From an archaeon (GTDB taxonomy: Archaea; Nanobdellota; Nanobdellia; Woesearchaeales; GW2011-AR15), in contig JAZDLQ010000103.1 in assembly GCA_043801855.1 (NCBI GenBank), positions 1,834-65,833 on the forward strand: a DNA stretch of 64,000 nt. The letters run 5' to 3'. Of the stretch, positions 44,326-53,800 are shown piece by piece. Within the stretch, counting starts at the first letter, position 1; every line of letters begins with the position of its first letter. The notes below the pieces were generated by a model that was given only the letters and a program-made list of their open reading frames with translations, was not told the origin of the DNA and ran no database searches. Made by a program: the position numbers and the translations under genes.

Positions 44326-45809
44326 AGATATTGTTGCTTAATCCTGGATGGCTATTGAAAAAAGAAGATGCAGATTTTTTCAGGATAAGCCAGCCTGACA
44401 GCCTTGGATATATCGCTGCTGCACTTAAAGAAGCCGGCCACAATGTAAGGCTGATTGATGCAGCATCAACAGGTTGGAAAGAATCCTGTTTTTCTGAAGG
44501 GAATGTTTATTTTGGCATGCATATAAAAAAAATAATTGAGGAAATAAGACTATTTTCTCCAAATTTAATAGGTGTGCCGCTAATCTCAAGCTTCCTGAAA
44601 AACAACGGCTTTTTTGCATTGAGCAAGATTAAAAAAGCGTTCCCTGATATATTGACTGTTGTTGGAGGGGCTCATGCAACTGTTGCTGTAGAAGAATGCC
44701 TGCAAAAGGAATTTATTGACTTTGTGGTAATTGGGGAAGGAGAAAAAACAACACTTGAATTGGCTAATGAATTAAGCGCAAAAAATCCTGAATTTGAAAA
44801 AATAGATGGGCTTGCTTTTAAGAGAAAAAATGGGATTGTCATTAATAAAAAAAGGGAGTTGATATCAAATCTAGATGCCTTGCCTTTCCCATCAAGAGAA
44901 CTTTATCCAATGGATAATTATTTCATTGCTGCAAAAAAATTAATATCGACATTTGCACTTTCTACATATGGAAAAAAATGGGCTACAGTCATAACCAGCC
45001 GGGGCTGCCCTTATAATTGTATTTTTTGCTCAATCTATCTTAGCATGGGCAGGAAATGGAGGCCAAGAAGCCCAGAAAATGTGATTCTTGAGATTGAGCA
45101 GCTTATACAAGATTATGGCATAGAATATATTGCATTTTTAGATGACAATATGTCACTTGATAAGAGCAGAATGAAAAGGATATGTGAATTGATTATTTCC
45201 CGCAAGCTAAGAATAAAGTGGAGCACGCCTAATGGCCTGCGAGCAGACACATTGGATGAGAGCTTGTTGCGGCTGATGAAAAAGTCAGGATGTGAACGAA
45301 TTGCTGTAGCTGCTGAGAGCGGAAGCCAGAGAGTTGTTGATCAGATAATAGGAAAAAATCTCCAGCTGACAGAGGTTGTAAGAGTTGTTTCGATGTGCAA
45401 GAAAATAGGATTAAAGGTTGATTGTTTTTTTGTTATGGGTTTAATTGGTGAGACAAAAAAAGATCTAGGAATGACTGTAGATTTTGCAAGGCATCTGCAC
45501 AAGATTGGAGTGAGCGGCTTAAACATTGCGATTGCAACCCCTTTTCCAGGAACAGAGTTCTATAAGCAATGCATTGAAAAAAAATTAATATCAACGAATT
45601 TCGATAAGTTTACCATGTTTCGTGGGGATTTTTACATAGCCACAGAGGATTTCAGCGCTGAAGAGCTTAGGATGTACAAGAAGAGGGCAGATAAAATAAT
45701 CTTTTTTCATAAGGATTACCTGCGGTTTCTAATATTATTGCTGCTTAATGACCCTTTAAAGTTTATCAGGTTCTTTATTAATCATATCAAAATGTTTTTA
45801 AAAACATGA
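44322..45809 (+). CDS. Cobalamin-binding-domain (class B) radical SAM enzyme
   Basis: 495 aa with an N-terminal B12-binding-like region (NLIGVPL...TVVGGAHATV) and the canonical SRGCPYNCIFCS cluster motif. ATGA overlap with the upstream GT2. Confidence 0.8.
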   Translation: MKILLLNPGWLLKKEDADFFRISQPDSLGYIAAALKEAGHNVRLIDAASTGWKESCFSEGNVYFGMHIKKIIEEIRLFSPNLIGVPLISSFLKNNGFFALSKIKKAFPDILTVVGGAHATVAVEECLQKEFIDFVVIGEGEKTTLELANELSAKNPEFEKIDGLAFKRKNGIVINKKRELISNLDALPFPSRELYPMDNYFIAAKKLISTFALSTYGKKWATVITSRGCPYNCIFCSIYLSMGRKWRPRSPENVILEIEQLIQDYGIEYIAFLDDNMSLDKSRMKRICELIISRKLRIKWSTPNGLRADTLDESLLRLMKKSGCERIAVAAESGSQRVVDQIIGKNLQLTEVVRVVSMCKKIGLKVDCFFVMGLIGETKKDLGMTVDFARHLHKIGVSGLNIAIATPFPGTEFYKQCIEKKLISTNFDKFTMFRGDFYIATEDFSAEELRMYKKRADKIIFFHKDYLRFLILLLLNDPLKFIRFFINHIKMFLKT

Positions 45810-45855
45810 AAGATTTAATAAGGTTCAGTCAAGTTATCTAAAAATTTAAAAAAAA

Positions 45856-47301
45856 ATGAAAATTCTGTTCGTAATTCCATGGATGAAATCGCTCTTTGGA
45901 GATGAAAGAACTCCTCCAGGCCACCCTCATCTGGGAATTGCATATCTATCAGCAGTCCTAAAGCAAGAGGGGCATAATGTTCGTGTTTTTGATCAGGGGA
46001 TTGAAAAGGATGATTCAAAATTATACTCTCTTATTGAGGATTTTAAGCCGAATATAATTGGTATTACTGCATTTAGCTATTGCATGAAATTTGTGAAAGA
46101 GCTGATTAATGAGATAAAAAAAAAATCAAAAGCCCCAATTGTGATAGGCGGCCCCCACGTGGCTGCTCTGCATTCAGAAATTTTACAAAAGACAAAAGCT
46201 GATTTTGCAATAAAAGGCGAGGCTGAAAATTCATTTATTGGTTTTCTGAATAATCTTCCATCCGGAGATTTTGCAAAAGCTGATGGCCTGATATGGAAGA
46301 AGCCAAATGGCGAAATAATAGAGAATAAAGATGCAGCTTATATAAAAGATCTGGATTCTATTCCTTTCCCTGATTTTGCAGTCTTTGATTTCAAAAGATA
46401 TAATTATTACCAGAACAAAACAATACCTCTTCTTACATCAAGAGGATGCCCTTATGGATGCAATTACTGTTCAGTTCGGCTTTCAATGGGCAGGGGATTT
46501 AGGCCAAGGAGCGCTGATAATGTCATCTCAGAGATAACGCTCTGGTATAATAGAGGATTCACCAATTTTGAATTCAATGATGATTGCTTTTCATTAGATC
46601 TTGGCAGGGCAAAACTTATCTGCAGGAAAATACTTGAGAGCAAGATTAAAATTACATGGCAGCTTTATAATGGAATAAGGGTCGATAGGGTTGATTATGA
46701 ATTGCTATTGCTTATGAAAAAAGCAGGCTGCATATTCATTTCATACGGAAGCGAGTCAGGTGTACAGGATATAATTAATAAAATCGGAAAGGGAATCAGG
46801 CTTGAGCAGGTTGAACAAGCAGTCAATCTGACAAACAAGGCAGGGATTAAGAATTCTGTAAATTTTATAATTGGCCATCCAGGAGAAACCTATAGCCTTG
46901 CGTTAAAATCAATTCGGTTTGCCTCAAAATTAAGGACTGGCTTTGTTAATTTTTATAATGTCATTCCTTATCCAGGAACTACGCTTTGGGATTGGATTGA
47001 GAAAAACGGAAAATGGCTTTACCCAAAGGATTACATACTGGAGAATGTAGGAAGCCGTGATTTAACGCCAGTATTTGAGACAAATGAGTTTAGAAGAAAT
47101 GATAGGATTAAGGCGCTTAAACTTGGATTTGCATTGTATGAAAAAACAATCATGAAATTCAGGCTTGGTGGATTTGTCGGAACATCTGCTTATTATTTTA
47201 CAAGGGTGCCGTTTGTCTTTCGGGCAGCAAGATACATTGCACTTGAAAATAAATTTGGAAATTTAGTTTATAATATAATGACCGGAAAGTCCAGAAAGTG
47301 A
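45856..47301 (+). CDS. Cobalamin-binding-domain (class B) radical SAM enzyme
   Basis: 481 aa with NIIGITAF...IVIGGPHVAA and the SRGCPYGCNYCS cluster motif. It is a paralogue of 44322-45809. Confidence 0.8.
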   Translation: MKILFVIPWMKSLFGDERTPPGHPHLGIAYLSAVLKQEGHNVRVFDQGIEKDDSKLYSLIEDFKPNIIGITAFSYCMKFVKELINEIKKKSKAPIVIGGPHVAALHSEILQKTKADFAIKGEAENSFIGFLNNLPSGDFAKADGLIWKKPNGEIIENKDAAYIKDLDSIPFPDFAVFDFKRYNYYQNKTIPLLTSRGCPYGCNYCSVRLSMGRGFRPRSADNVISEITLWYNRGFTNFEFNDDCFSLDLGRAKLICRKILESKIKITWQLYNGIRVDRVDYELLLLMKKAGCIFISYGSESGVQDIINKIGKGIRLEQVEQAVNLTNKAGIKNSVNFIIGHPGETYSLALKSIRFASKLRTGFVNFYNVIPYPGTTLWDWIEKNGKWLYPKDYILENVGSRDLTPVFETNEFRRNDRIKALKLGFALYEKTIMKFRLGGFVGTSAYYFTRVPFVFRAARYIALENKFGNLVYNIMTGKSRK

Positions 47302-47310
47302 GTTGCGTTA

Positions 47311-49257
47311 ATGGAATACAGTAAATTTAATGATATAATTACTCAGATAAGAAAAGTAGTTCACAATAAAAATAAAAGTCCAAATAAGTGGTGTTATTTA
47401 ACTAGCATAGAATACATGGTTGAATCCCGCATATACCTTAATAGTATGCATAATGATTTATTAAAAGTAAAAAATTACCTCAAAGAAGGCGACCATATTC
47501 TTGACTTTGGAACAGGCAGCGGGATTTTTGCGATGCTGCTTTCAAAATATAATGTATCAGTTGATGCTATTGATACAATTGAAAACAAAAGCCAGTCTGA
47601 TCCCAATTTTAATGATACAAAGATAAAGCAAAAGGAGATATGGCAAGAATTCAAAAAAAAATTCAATGTTGACTTTAGGCATTATGACGGAAAAAAGCTT
47701 CCATTTCCAGACAACTGCTTTGATGTAATTACAACATATGCAGTAATTGAACATATAACAAAATCAGACCTTAAAATAGTAATGCCTGAATTACAAAGAG
47801 TTCTTAAGCCCGACGGACTTTTGTTTGTTTTTAAGCTCCCAAGAAAGTTTGCTTATATTGAATATGTGGCAAAACTATTAAATCTGGGCGGACATGAGGA
47901 TTTATACGGAGATAGGCATTCAAAATTATTTTTTAAAGAACATGGTTTTACGACTTTAGAATATTGGAAATCTGTTCTTTTCTTTGAATATCCCGGCAAG
48001 ATTACTAATAAGCTCTATTGGATTTTTATTAATCTTGAGAAAATATTTAACAGAACTCCTCTGATGCTGTTTTCGCATGATAACAATTTTGTGCTCAGAA
48101 AATCAAGCCAACCAGAAAACGCTGAGGTTTTGATGATTGCTCCAACTTTTCTTCCTGTTGTTGGGGGAAGTGAAACTCATATAAATGACCTTGTGAATTT
48201 TCTTTCAAAAAAAAATATTTATGTTAATTTAATAGCCTGCACGTATAACAAAAAGGAAACTCCATATGTTGAAAAGCACAAGAACCATCAAATAATAAGA
48301 ATTAAATGCTTAGCTCCCTGGATGAATGAATTGTTTAAGTTATCTTCTGTGTCCTATTTTATTTTGATTGCTCCTATTCAGATTTTATTTTCAGTTTTTT
48401 TTATGGCAAAACACCATAAGAGAATTAAATTTGTCCATGTGCATGCTTTTACAGCAGGATTTTGCGGGATAATTCTGAAAATTTTGTTTCCAAAAAAAAG
48501 ATATGCGCTTAGTGTCCATGGCATTTATTTTAGCAAAAATCCAAAACATCTAAGGTATAATAAGTATGCGGGCTATATTCGGTTCATAAGCAGTTTCTAT
48601 GACAGAATATTTGCTATTGGCAAAAGATCAGCAGCTGAACTTGCTGAAATAGGAATTGACATGAAAAAAATCATCAGATATAGGTATTGGGTTGATGAAG
48701 GCATATTTAAACCAGTTCGAGTTGAGAAGAAAAAAAGATTGCAAGTCCTCTTTGTAGGAAGGCTTATCCACGCTAAAGGAGTTGATATACTGCTTGAAGC
48801 AGCTAAAAAAATGAAAGATATTGATTTTTTATTTGCGGGTGAAGGAGACCTTACAGAACAAATTAGTTCTGCCCTAAAAAAATACAATAATATTAAGCTT
48901 CTTGGCAGGTTAAATCAAGAGGAGCTGCCTTTTTATTATTCTTCGTCGGATTTAACTATTCTTCTATCACAAAATGATGGTGAGGGACTGCCGCGAGTGC
49001 TTATTGAATCATTATTTTGTGGAACTCCTGTTATAGGCACTGACTGCGGCGGGACTAAAGAGCTAATAAGCTCAGATGTGGGGTTTATTGTCAAGCGAGA
49101 TATAGATAGCTTAATAAGATGCCTTGAAACGTACAAAAATAATTTAAGCTTACAAAAAAAATTAAAGGCTAATGCAAGGAAATATGCACAAGAAAATTTT
49201 TCAATCAATGAAGCAGGAGTATTTATTGAATGGTACAAAAATCAAAACAAAAATTAA
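47311..49257 (+). CDS. Fusion protein: N-terminal SAM methyltransferase plus C-terminal GT4-type glycosyltransferase
   Basis: 648 aa. Methyltransferase motifs: ILDFGTGSGIFA, FDVITTYAVIEHI, LKPDGLLFVF. GT4 region: MIAPTFLPVVGGSETH...FVGRLIHAKGVDILLEA...GEGLPRVLIESLFCGTPVIGTDCGG. Confidence 0.8.
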   Translation: MEYSKFNDIITQIRKVVHNKNKSPNKWCYLTSIEYMVESRIYLNSMHNDLLKVKNYLKEGDHILDFGTGSGIFAMLLSKYNVSVDAIDTIENKSQSDPNFNDTKIKQKEIWQEFKKKFNVDFRHYDGKKLPFPDNCFDVITTYAVIEHITKSDLKIVMPELQRVLKPDGLLFVFKLPRKFAYIEYVAKLLNLGGHEDLYGDRHSKLFFKEHGFTTLEYWKSVLFFEYPGKITNKLYWIFINLEKIFNRTPLMLFSHDNNFVLRKSSQPENAEVLMIAPTFLPVVGGSETHINDLVNFLSKKNIYVNLIACTYNKKETPYVEKHKNHQIIRIKCLAPWMNELFKLSSVSYFILIAPIQILFSVFFMAKHHKRIKFVHVHAFTAGFCGIILKILFPKKRYALSVHGIYFSKNPKHLRYNKYAGYIRFISSFYDRIFAIGKRSAAELAEIGIDMKKIIRYRYWVDEGIFKPVRVEKKKRLQVLFVGRLIHAKGVDILLEAAKKMKDIDFLFAGEGDLTEQISSALKKYNNIKLLGRLNQEELPFYYSSSDLTILLSQNDGEGLPRVLIESLFCGTPVIGTDCGGTKELISSDVGFIVKRDIDSLIRCLETYKNNLSLQKKLKANARKYAQENFSINEAGVFIEWYKNQNKN

Positions 49258-49781
49258 ATTTGGGATGCGGGCAAAAAAAGCTTAAAGGATATATCAATGT
49301 AGATTTCAATCCAGAAACTAGCCCGGATATAATTCATGATCTTAATAATTTTCCGTATCCTTTCAAAGACAATTCCTTTAAAGAAATATTACTAGACCAT
49401 GTGCTTGAGCATCTTAATGATCCTATAAAAGTAATAATCGAGCTTAACAGGATATCGAACCATGATGGATTAATAATTGTAAAATCTCCTCATTTTTCAT
49501 GCAACTGGCTGCATCCTGGCCACAAAAGTGCAATAAGCTCGATGCTTTTTTCGTATTTTGAGCACAAGGGAAGTGATTATTATGGCCAATGCAAATTTAA
49601 TGTTCTTAGTATCAAGCTTAAATGGATGCGTAACCCCAAATTAAGAAATTTTATTGTAAGAGGAATTAATGCAGCAATAAATTATTTAGCAAACCTAAAT
49701 ATTGGATTTTGCCAAAGGGTTTGGTGCTACTGGGTTGGCGGGTTTGAAGAAATTGAGTTTCGTGTGAATGTAAAAAAATGA
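49230..49781 (+). CDS. SAM-dependent methyltransferase (type 11-like)
   Basis: 183 aa with LNLGCGQKKLKGYINVD, ILLDHVLEHL and GLIIVKSPH. It overlaps the upstream gene by 28 nt. Confidence 0.75.
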   Translation: MVQKSKQKLNLGCGQKKLKGYINVDFNPETSPDIIHDLNNFPYPFKDNSFKEILLDHVLEHLNDPIKVIIELNRISNHDGLIIVKSPHFSCNWLHPGHKSAISSMLFSYFEHKGSDYYGQCKFNVLSIKLKWMRNPKLRNFIVRGINAAINYLANLNIGFCQRVWCYWVGGFEEIEFRVNVKK

Positions 49782-50875
49782 AGAAAATATCAGATTCAAT
49801 TGTATTGAATCCAAAGAATGCAATAAGGATATTCAATTCAGGAGTTTCATGCCTTATTCAAGGCCAAAAATCAGGCCTGCCGCTGCGGCTTCAGGTAGAG
49901 CTATCAGGCAAGTGCAACCTGGCATGTGAAATGTGCCCGCATTCTTATCTTGATAAAAAAAATAAGACTTCAGGATTCATTTCCTTTGAGACATACAAAA
50001 AATTATTTGAGCAGATAAATCCCCTTCTTGTTGATTTTACTGGCCAGGGAGAAGCTATGCTAAATCCTGAGATATACAAGATTGCAGATTATACGAATAA
50101 GAAAGGTGTACGGTTCGGATTTAACTCAAATTTCACTCTGCTTGGAAAAGAAAATTTCTACAGGCTTTATAAAACTGGAATTTGTTATCTGGGACTTTCT
50201 TTGGACAGCATAAACAAGAAAACCTATGAGAAAATTAGAATAGGGGCTAGTTTTGATAAAGTAATTTCAAATTTTAAGGCAGCATTAAAAATAGATGTTC
50301 GCAAAATATTGACCATCGGAACAGTTATAACTGATTTAAATATTGATGAACTTGAGGACATTATTCTTTATTGCAGAAAGAATTTTCCAGGAGTTCCTTT
50401 TGTTTTTTCTCCGCCTCTTTCTTATGGCCTTGAGGTGATGGAATCATATTTTAAGGAAAAAGAGATTTTTACTGCCAAAAAAAGATATTTTATTTCAAAG
50501 ATTAGTAAAGTGAAGCAACTTGCGTCAAAATTAAATCTAAAAGATACTGCTGTTTCTTTGGCAGACAGCCGTGATTATTTTTCATCTGATCGTACCTTAA
50601 ATACAGATAAAGCCTGCTATATGCCATATCTGAACCTCATGGCGTTTAGCAATGGCAATGTCTACCCTTGCTGCTACATGCCTTTTAACAAGAATCCGTT
50701 TGGCAATGTATTTTATGAAAATTTTAGTGATATTTGGAATAACAAAAAATTTTTTGCGTTCAGGAAAGCGCTTAAGGCCAATAGGAAATCAATTAGAGAA
50801 TGTTCACTTTGCAGGTTTACCTCAAGCCAAGCAAAATATCTCTTGCCTGTTAGAAGGATGCTTTTCTTGAAGTAA
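49778..50875 (+). CDS. Radical SAM enzyme with C-terminal SPASM/twitch-like Cys cluster
   Basis: 365 aa with LSGKCNLACEMCPH (CxxxCxxC), the GQGEAMLNPE segment, and a C-terminal Cys-rich segment (CYMPY...GNVYPCCYM...CSLC). ATGA overlap with the upstream gene. Confidence 0.8.
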   Translation: MKKISDSIVLNPKNAIRIFNSGVSCLIQGQKSGLPLRLQVELSGKCNLACEMCPHSYLDKKNKTSGFISFETYKKLFEQINPLLVDFTGQGEAMLNPEIYKIADYTNKKGVRFGFNSNFTLLGKENFYRLYKTGICYLGLSLDSINKKTYEKIRIGASFDKVISNFKAALKIDVRKILTIGTVITDLNIDELEDIILYCRKNFPGVPFVFSPPLSYGLEVMESYFKEKEIFTAKKRYFISKISKVKQLASKLNLKDTAVSLADSRDYFSSDRTLNTDKACYMPYLNLMAFSNGNVYPCCYMPFNKNPFGNVFYENFSDIWNNKKFFAFRKALKANRKSIRECSLCRFTSSQAKYLLPVRRMLFLK

Positions 50876-50898
50876 TGGCGTAAATAATTCTTTAGGAT

Positions 50899-53800
50899 CT
50901 ACGGCTCCATAATTATCAGCGGATTATAAATCTCAACATCGCAATTAGGCTCAATAAAAATTATTGCTTCTCCTTCATTTTCATTTGCATCCATTTTTCC
51001 TAAAAAATACAGTATTTCATAATTTTTTCCAAGTGAATCTGATGAAAACAGGTTGTAATGGCTAAGCCTTGTCATGTGGCCTGAGGCAGGATAGATTCCA
51101 ATCCTTGCGCACCCCTTTTCAGTAGCTTTTACCCATGATACGACAGCGATATTAGGCTCGATATGGTATGATTCACTAAAATACTTTTCGAGGTTTAACT
51201 TTATTTTTACTTTTCCAGCTTCTTGTTTTGTTGAAATGTACATTACTGAGGAATTAGCATTGTTTACCATTACATTAGCGCATGACAGGTTGATGTTTAT
51301 GCTAAGCACATTTTGGCTTGTATCGCATAAACTATTATTTGGTATTATGTTAATTATTGTTTTTTGCATATTTTCAACTGAAAAGTCAGGAAATGGTGAT
51401 ATAGTTTGCTTGGACTTATCTATTATATTATAGCTGTCAAGAAGGATTGTTTGTTCATTTTCAATTAGTTTCTCTTCATTTGCTACTCCGACAAAGGCAT
51501 ATGTTTCGTCGCTTAGTGTGATGTTAAGGATTGAATGCTGGCCGAAAGTTGCGGCATAGATACTATCCATTTCCTTATCGTACGCAAGCTGCTCTAAATG
51601 AATTCCTGAGATATTTACCATCTCTTGCAATATTTTTCGAGATTTTTCAAGGATGTAAATCTTGTTTTCAGGTGTTATTTTTAGTATATATCCATCTGCG
51701 CCTTCATGGAGCGTGTTTGAAACATAAATGTTTCCTATTATATCCTGTATTAGTCCTCGTGGCTCTGAAAAATATTCTGATTTCAGAGTTGATATTTGCG
51801 CTCTGCTGTTTATTTTATAAATGAGATTTAAGCTTGTGTCAGTAGCATATATTGTGTTGTTGGAAGCAAACAAAATTCCCTGAATGCCGCCGAATATGCC
51901 TGTAAAATTTAACAAGCTCTCTTTTTTTCCGTTTCCTTTTATTTTAGTAATCTGGCCTGCATCTGTGAAAATCAGCGTATTTTCTTCTTTTGAATAATCC
52001 ATGCCGAATAACGCTTCTTCCGTATCTGCGATTTTAATTGTTTTCTGCTTATTTATATCAGCCAAGAATATTTTCTTCCCAAGATAATCCCCAATAAAAA
52101 TGCTGTCACCATCTTTATGCTTAACTAGCATGATGCTGTCGATTTTTTGATTGTCAGCCTGTATTTTTATTTCACTAACATTTTTATTGCCTATTTCGAA
52201 TTTGTATATTGTGTCAGTTTCCAGATAGTAGTTAGTGAAAAAAACAGCCCCGTCACTTGCCAGGCTGATGCTGTAAGGATATATTGATGTATTTGTCCAC
52301 AAGATTGAAGCTTGCTTGGAACTCCCTTTTTTATCCGAAGCTTCTCCATAGATAGAAACATCATCATCAGCTTTTTTTTCGGAGCCAATAATAGTTTTTC
52401 TTTGCGCCAAATCGTCGTCCATATCTTCGATTGCTTCATTGTCATATTGGCTGATTGGCGCATCATTGTGTCTAACAGCAAATTCACTTGGTTTGATATG
52501 GTAGGTCCTGCCTTGATATAAAGAATCCAACATAAGGCAGGCTGCTATAGATGCGAGCAATGTTAAAAAAACAATTAACAGCAGATTTTTCCTAATAAAT
52601 GCAGCTATTTGCATGTCTTCTTCTTTTTTAAATGCCACATAAAGAAATATTCCGAATACTATCAGTAGCGCATAAATTGCTGCCTGGTAAATACTTTGAG
52701 GATAATAGTAAATCGTATATATACCGGGCTCTTCTGCATGCCATCCGTTTGCATAAAAATTGACCGAAAAATGCTTATTTTCTTTTTTTTGGAAAAATTG
52801 CCCCAGCATTGAAGGTTTGCCTTTTACAAGAACCCAATTATCATCATATGCCTCAGAAAAAATTAGAAATTTATTAGATGAAGTCTTATTCACAATAAAC
52901 ATAACTGGGCTTTTTTTTATATAAGTGTCATCTGCCCCGCCATATATCTCTTCTGCGGGAACGACAAGATTGGCTTTATTATAACCCGGGTTCCAAACCT
53001 GCAGATTTTCAAAGGCTCTTATGGAATGATTATAATGCTGCAAATAAGATGAAGTATAAATATGCATATTGGTATTTTGAAGATTAATGATTTGCAGCTT
53101 TCCAAACTGCTTTTGTTCGTATCCTGAGTTGTGCAGGTATGAAATAAAGCTCAAATATTTTTTACCGGTTATAGGATACCAATCATTGTTTCCTTCAATA
53201 TAGCCCCAATTTGCATCCTCGTGCAGTAAAAGATACTTTATGTTGTATATTTTAAACAAATAGTCGAGCATTGGGCTTATTGAGCTTTCGGAAGGTTGTT
53301 TATCAAAAGGGGAATTGTTGGAATAATTCATGAGAATTTTTAAGTAGTTTATCGTGCTATGCTTTTTGCCATTGGTTTCAATTCTAAGATAAAAATCTCT
53401 GGCAGGATTCTCTTCAGTAAAAGAAATGCTTTTTTTAGTAATTTTTTCTGATATAAACGTATTGTCATATATCTTTTTCCAGTGTTTCATATCACTGCTG
53501 ATGCTTAATGCTTCACCGTAATCGTTATGCTCAAAGCTGCTGTATTCAACTAATCCATTTACAACTTCATTGCTGTTAGAGAGATTAAGGATTATGTACC
53601 CCGGATGGTAAAGTATTATCTGTCCGCTTGAAAAAAGAGAAGAATAGCCCTTTGCGCCAGGCAAGGAATTCTTAAAAACTGTTACATAATTTTGTGAAAA
53701 AGTCTTCTCATTAAAGCCATACTCAGGGATTTCATAGGTAAATATGATCTTATCATCAATCTCATTGAAGGAGACTATTGAGATGTTGCTCAATGCTAAA

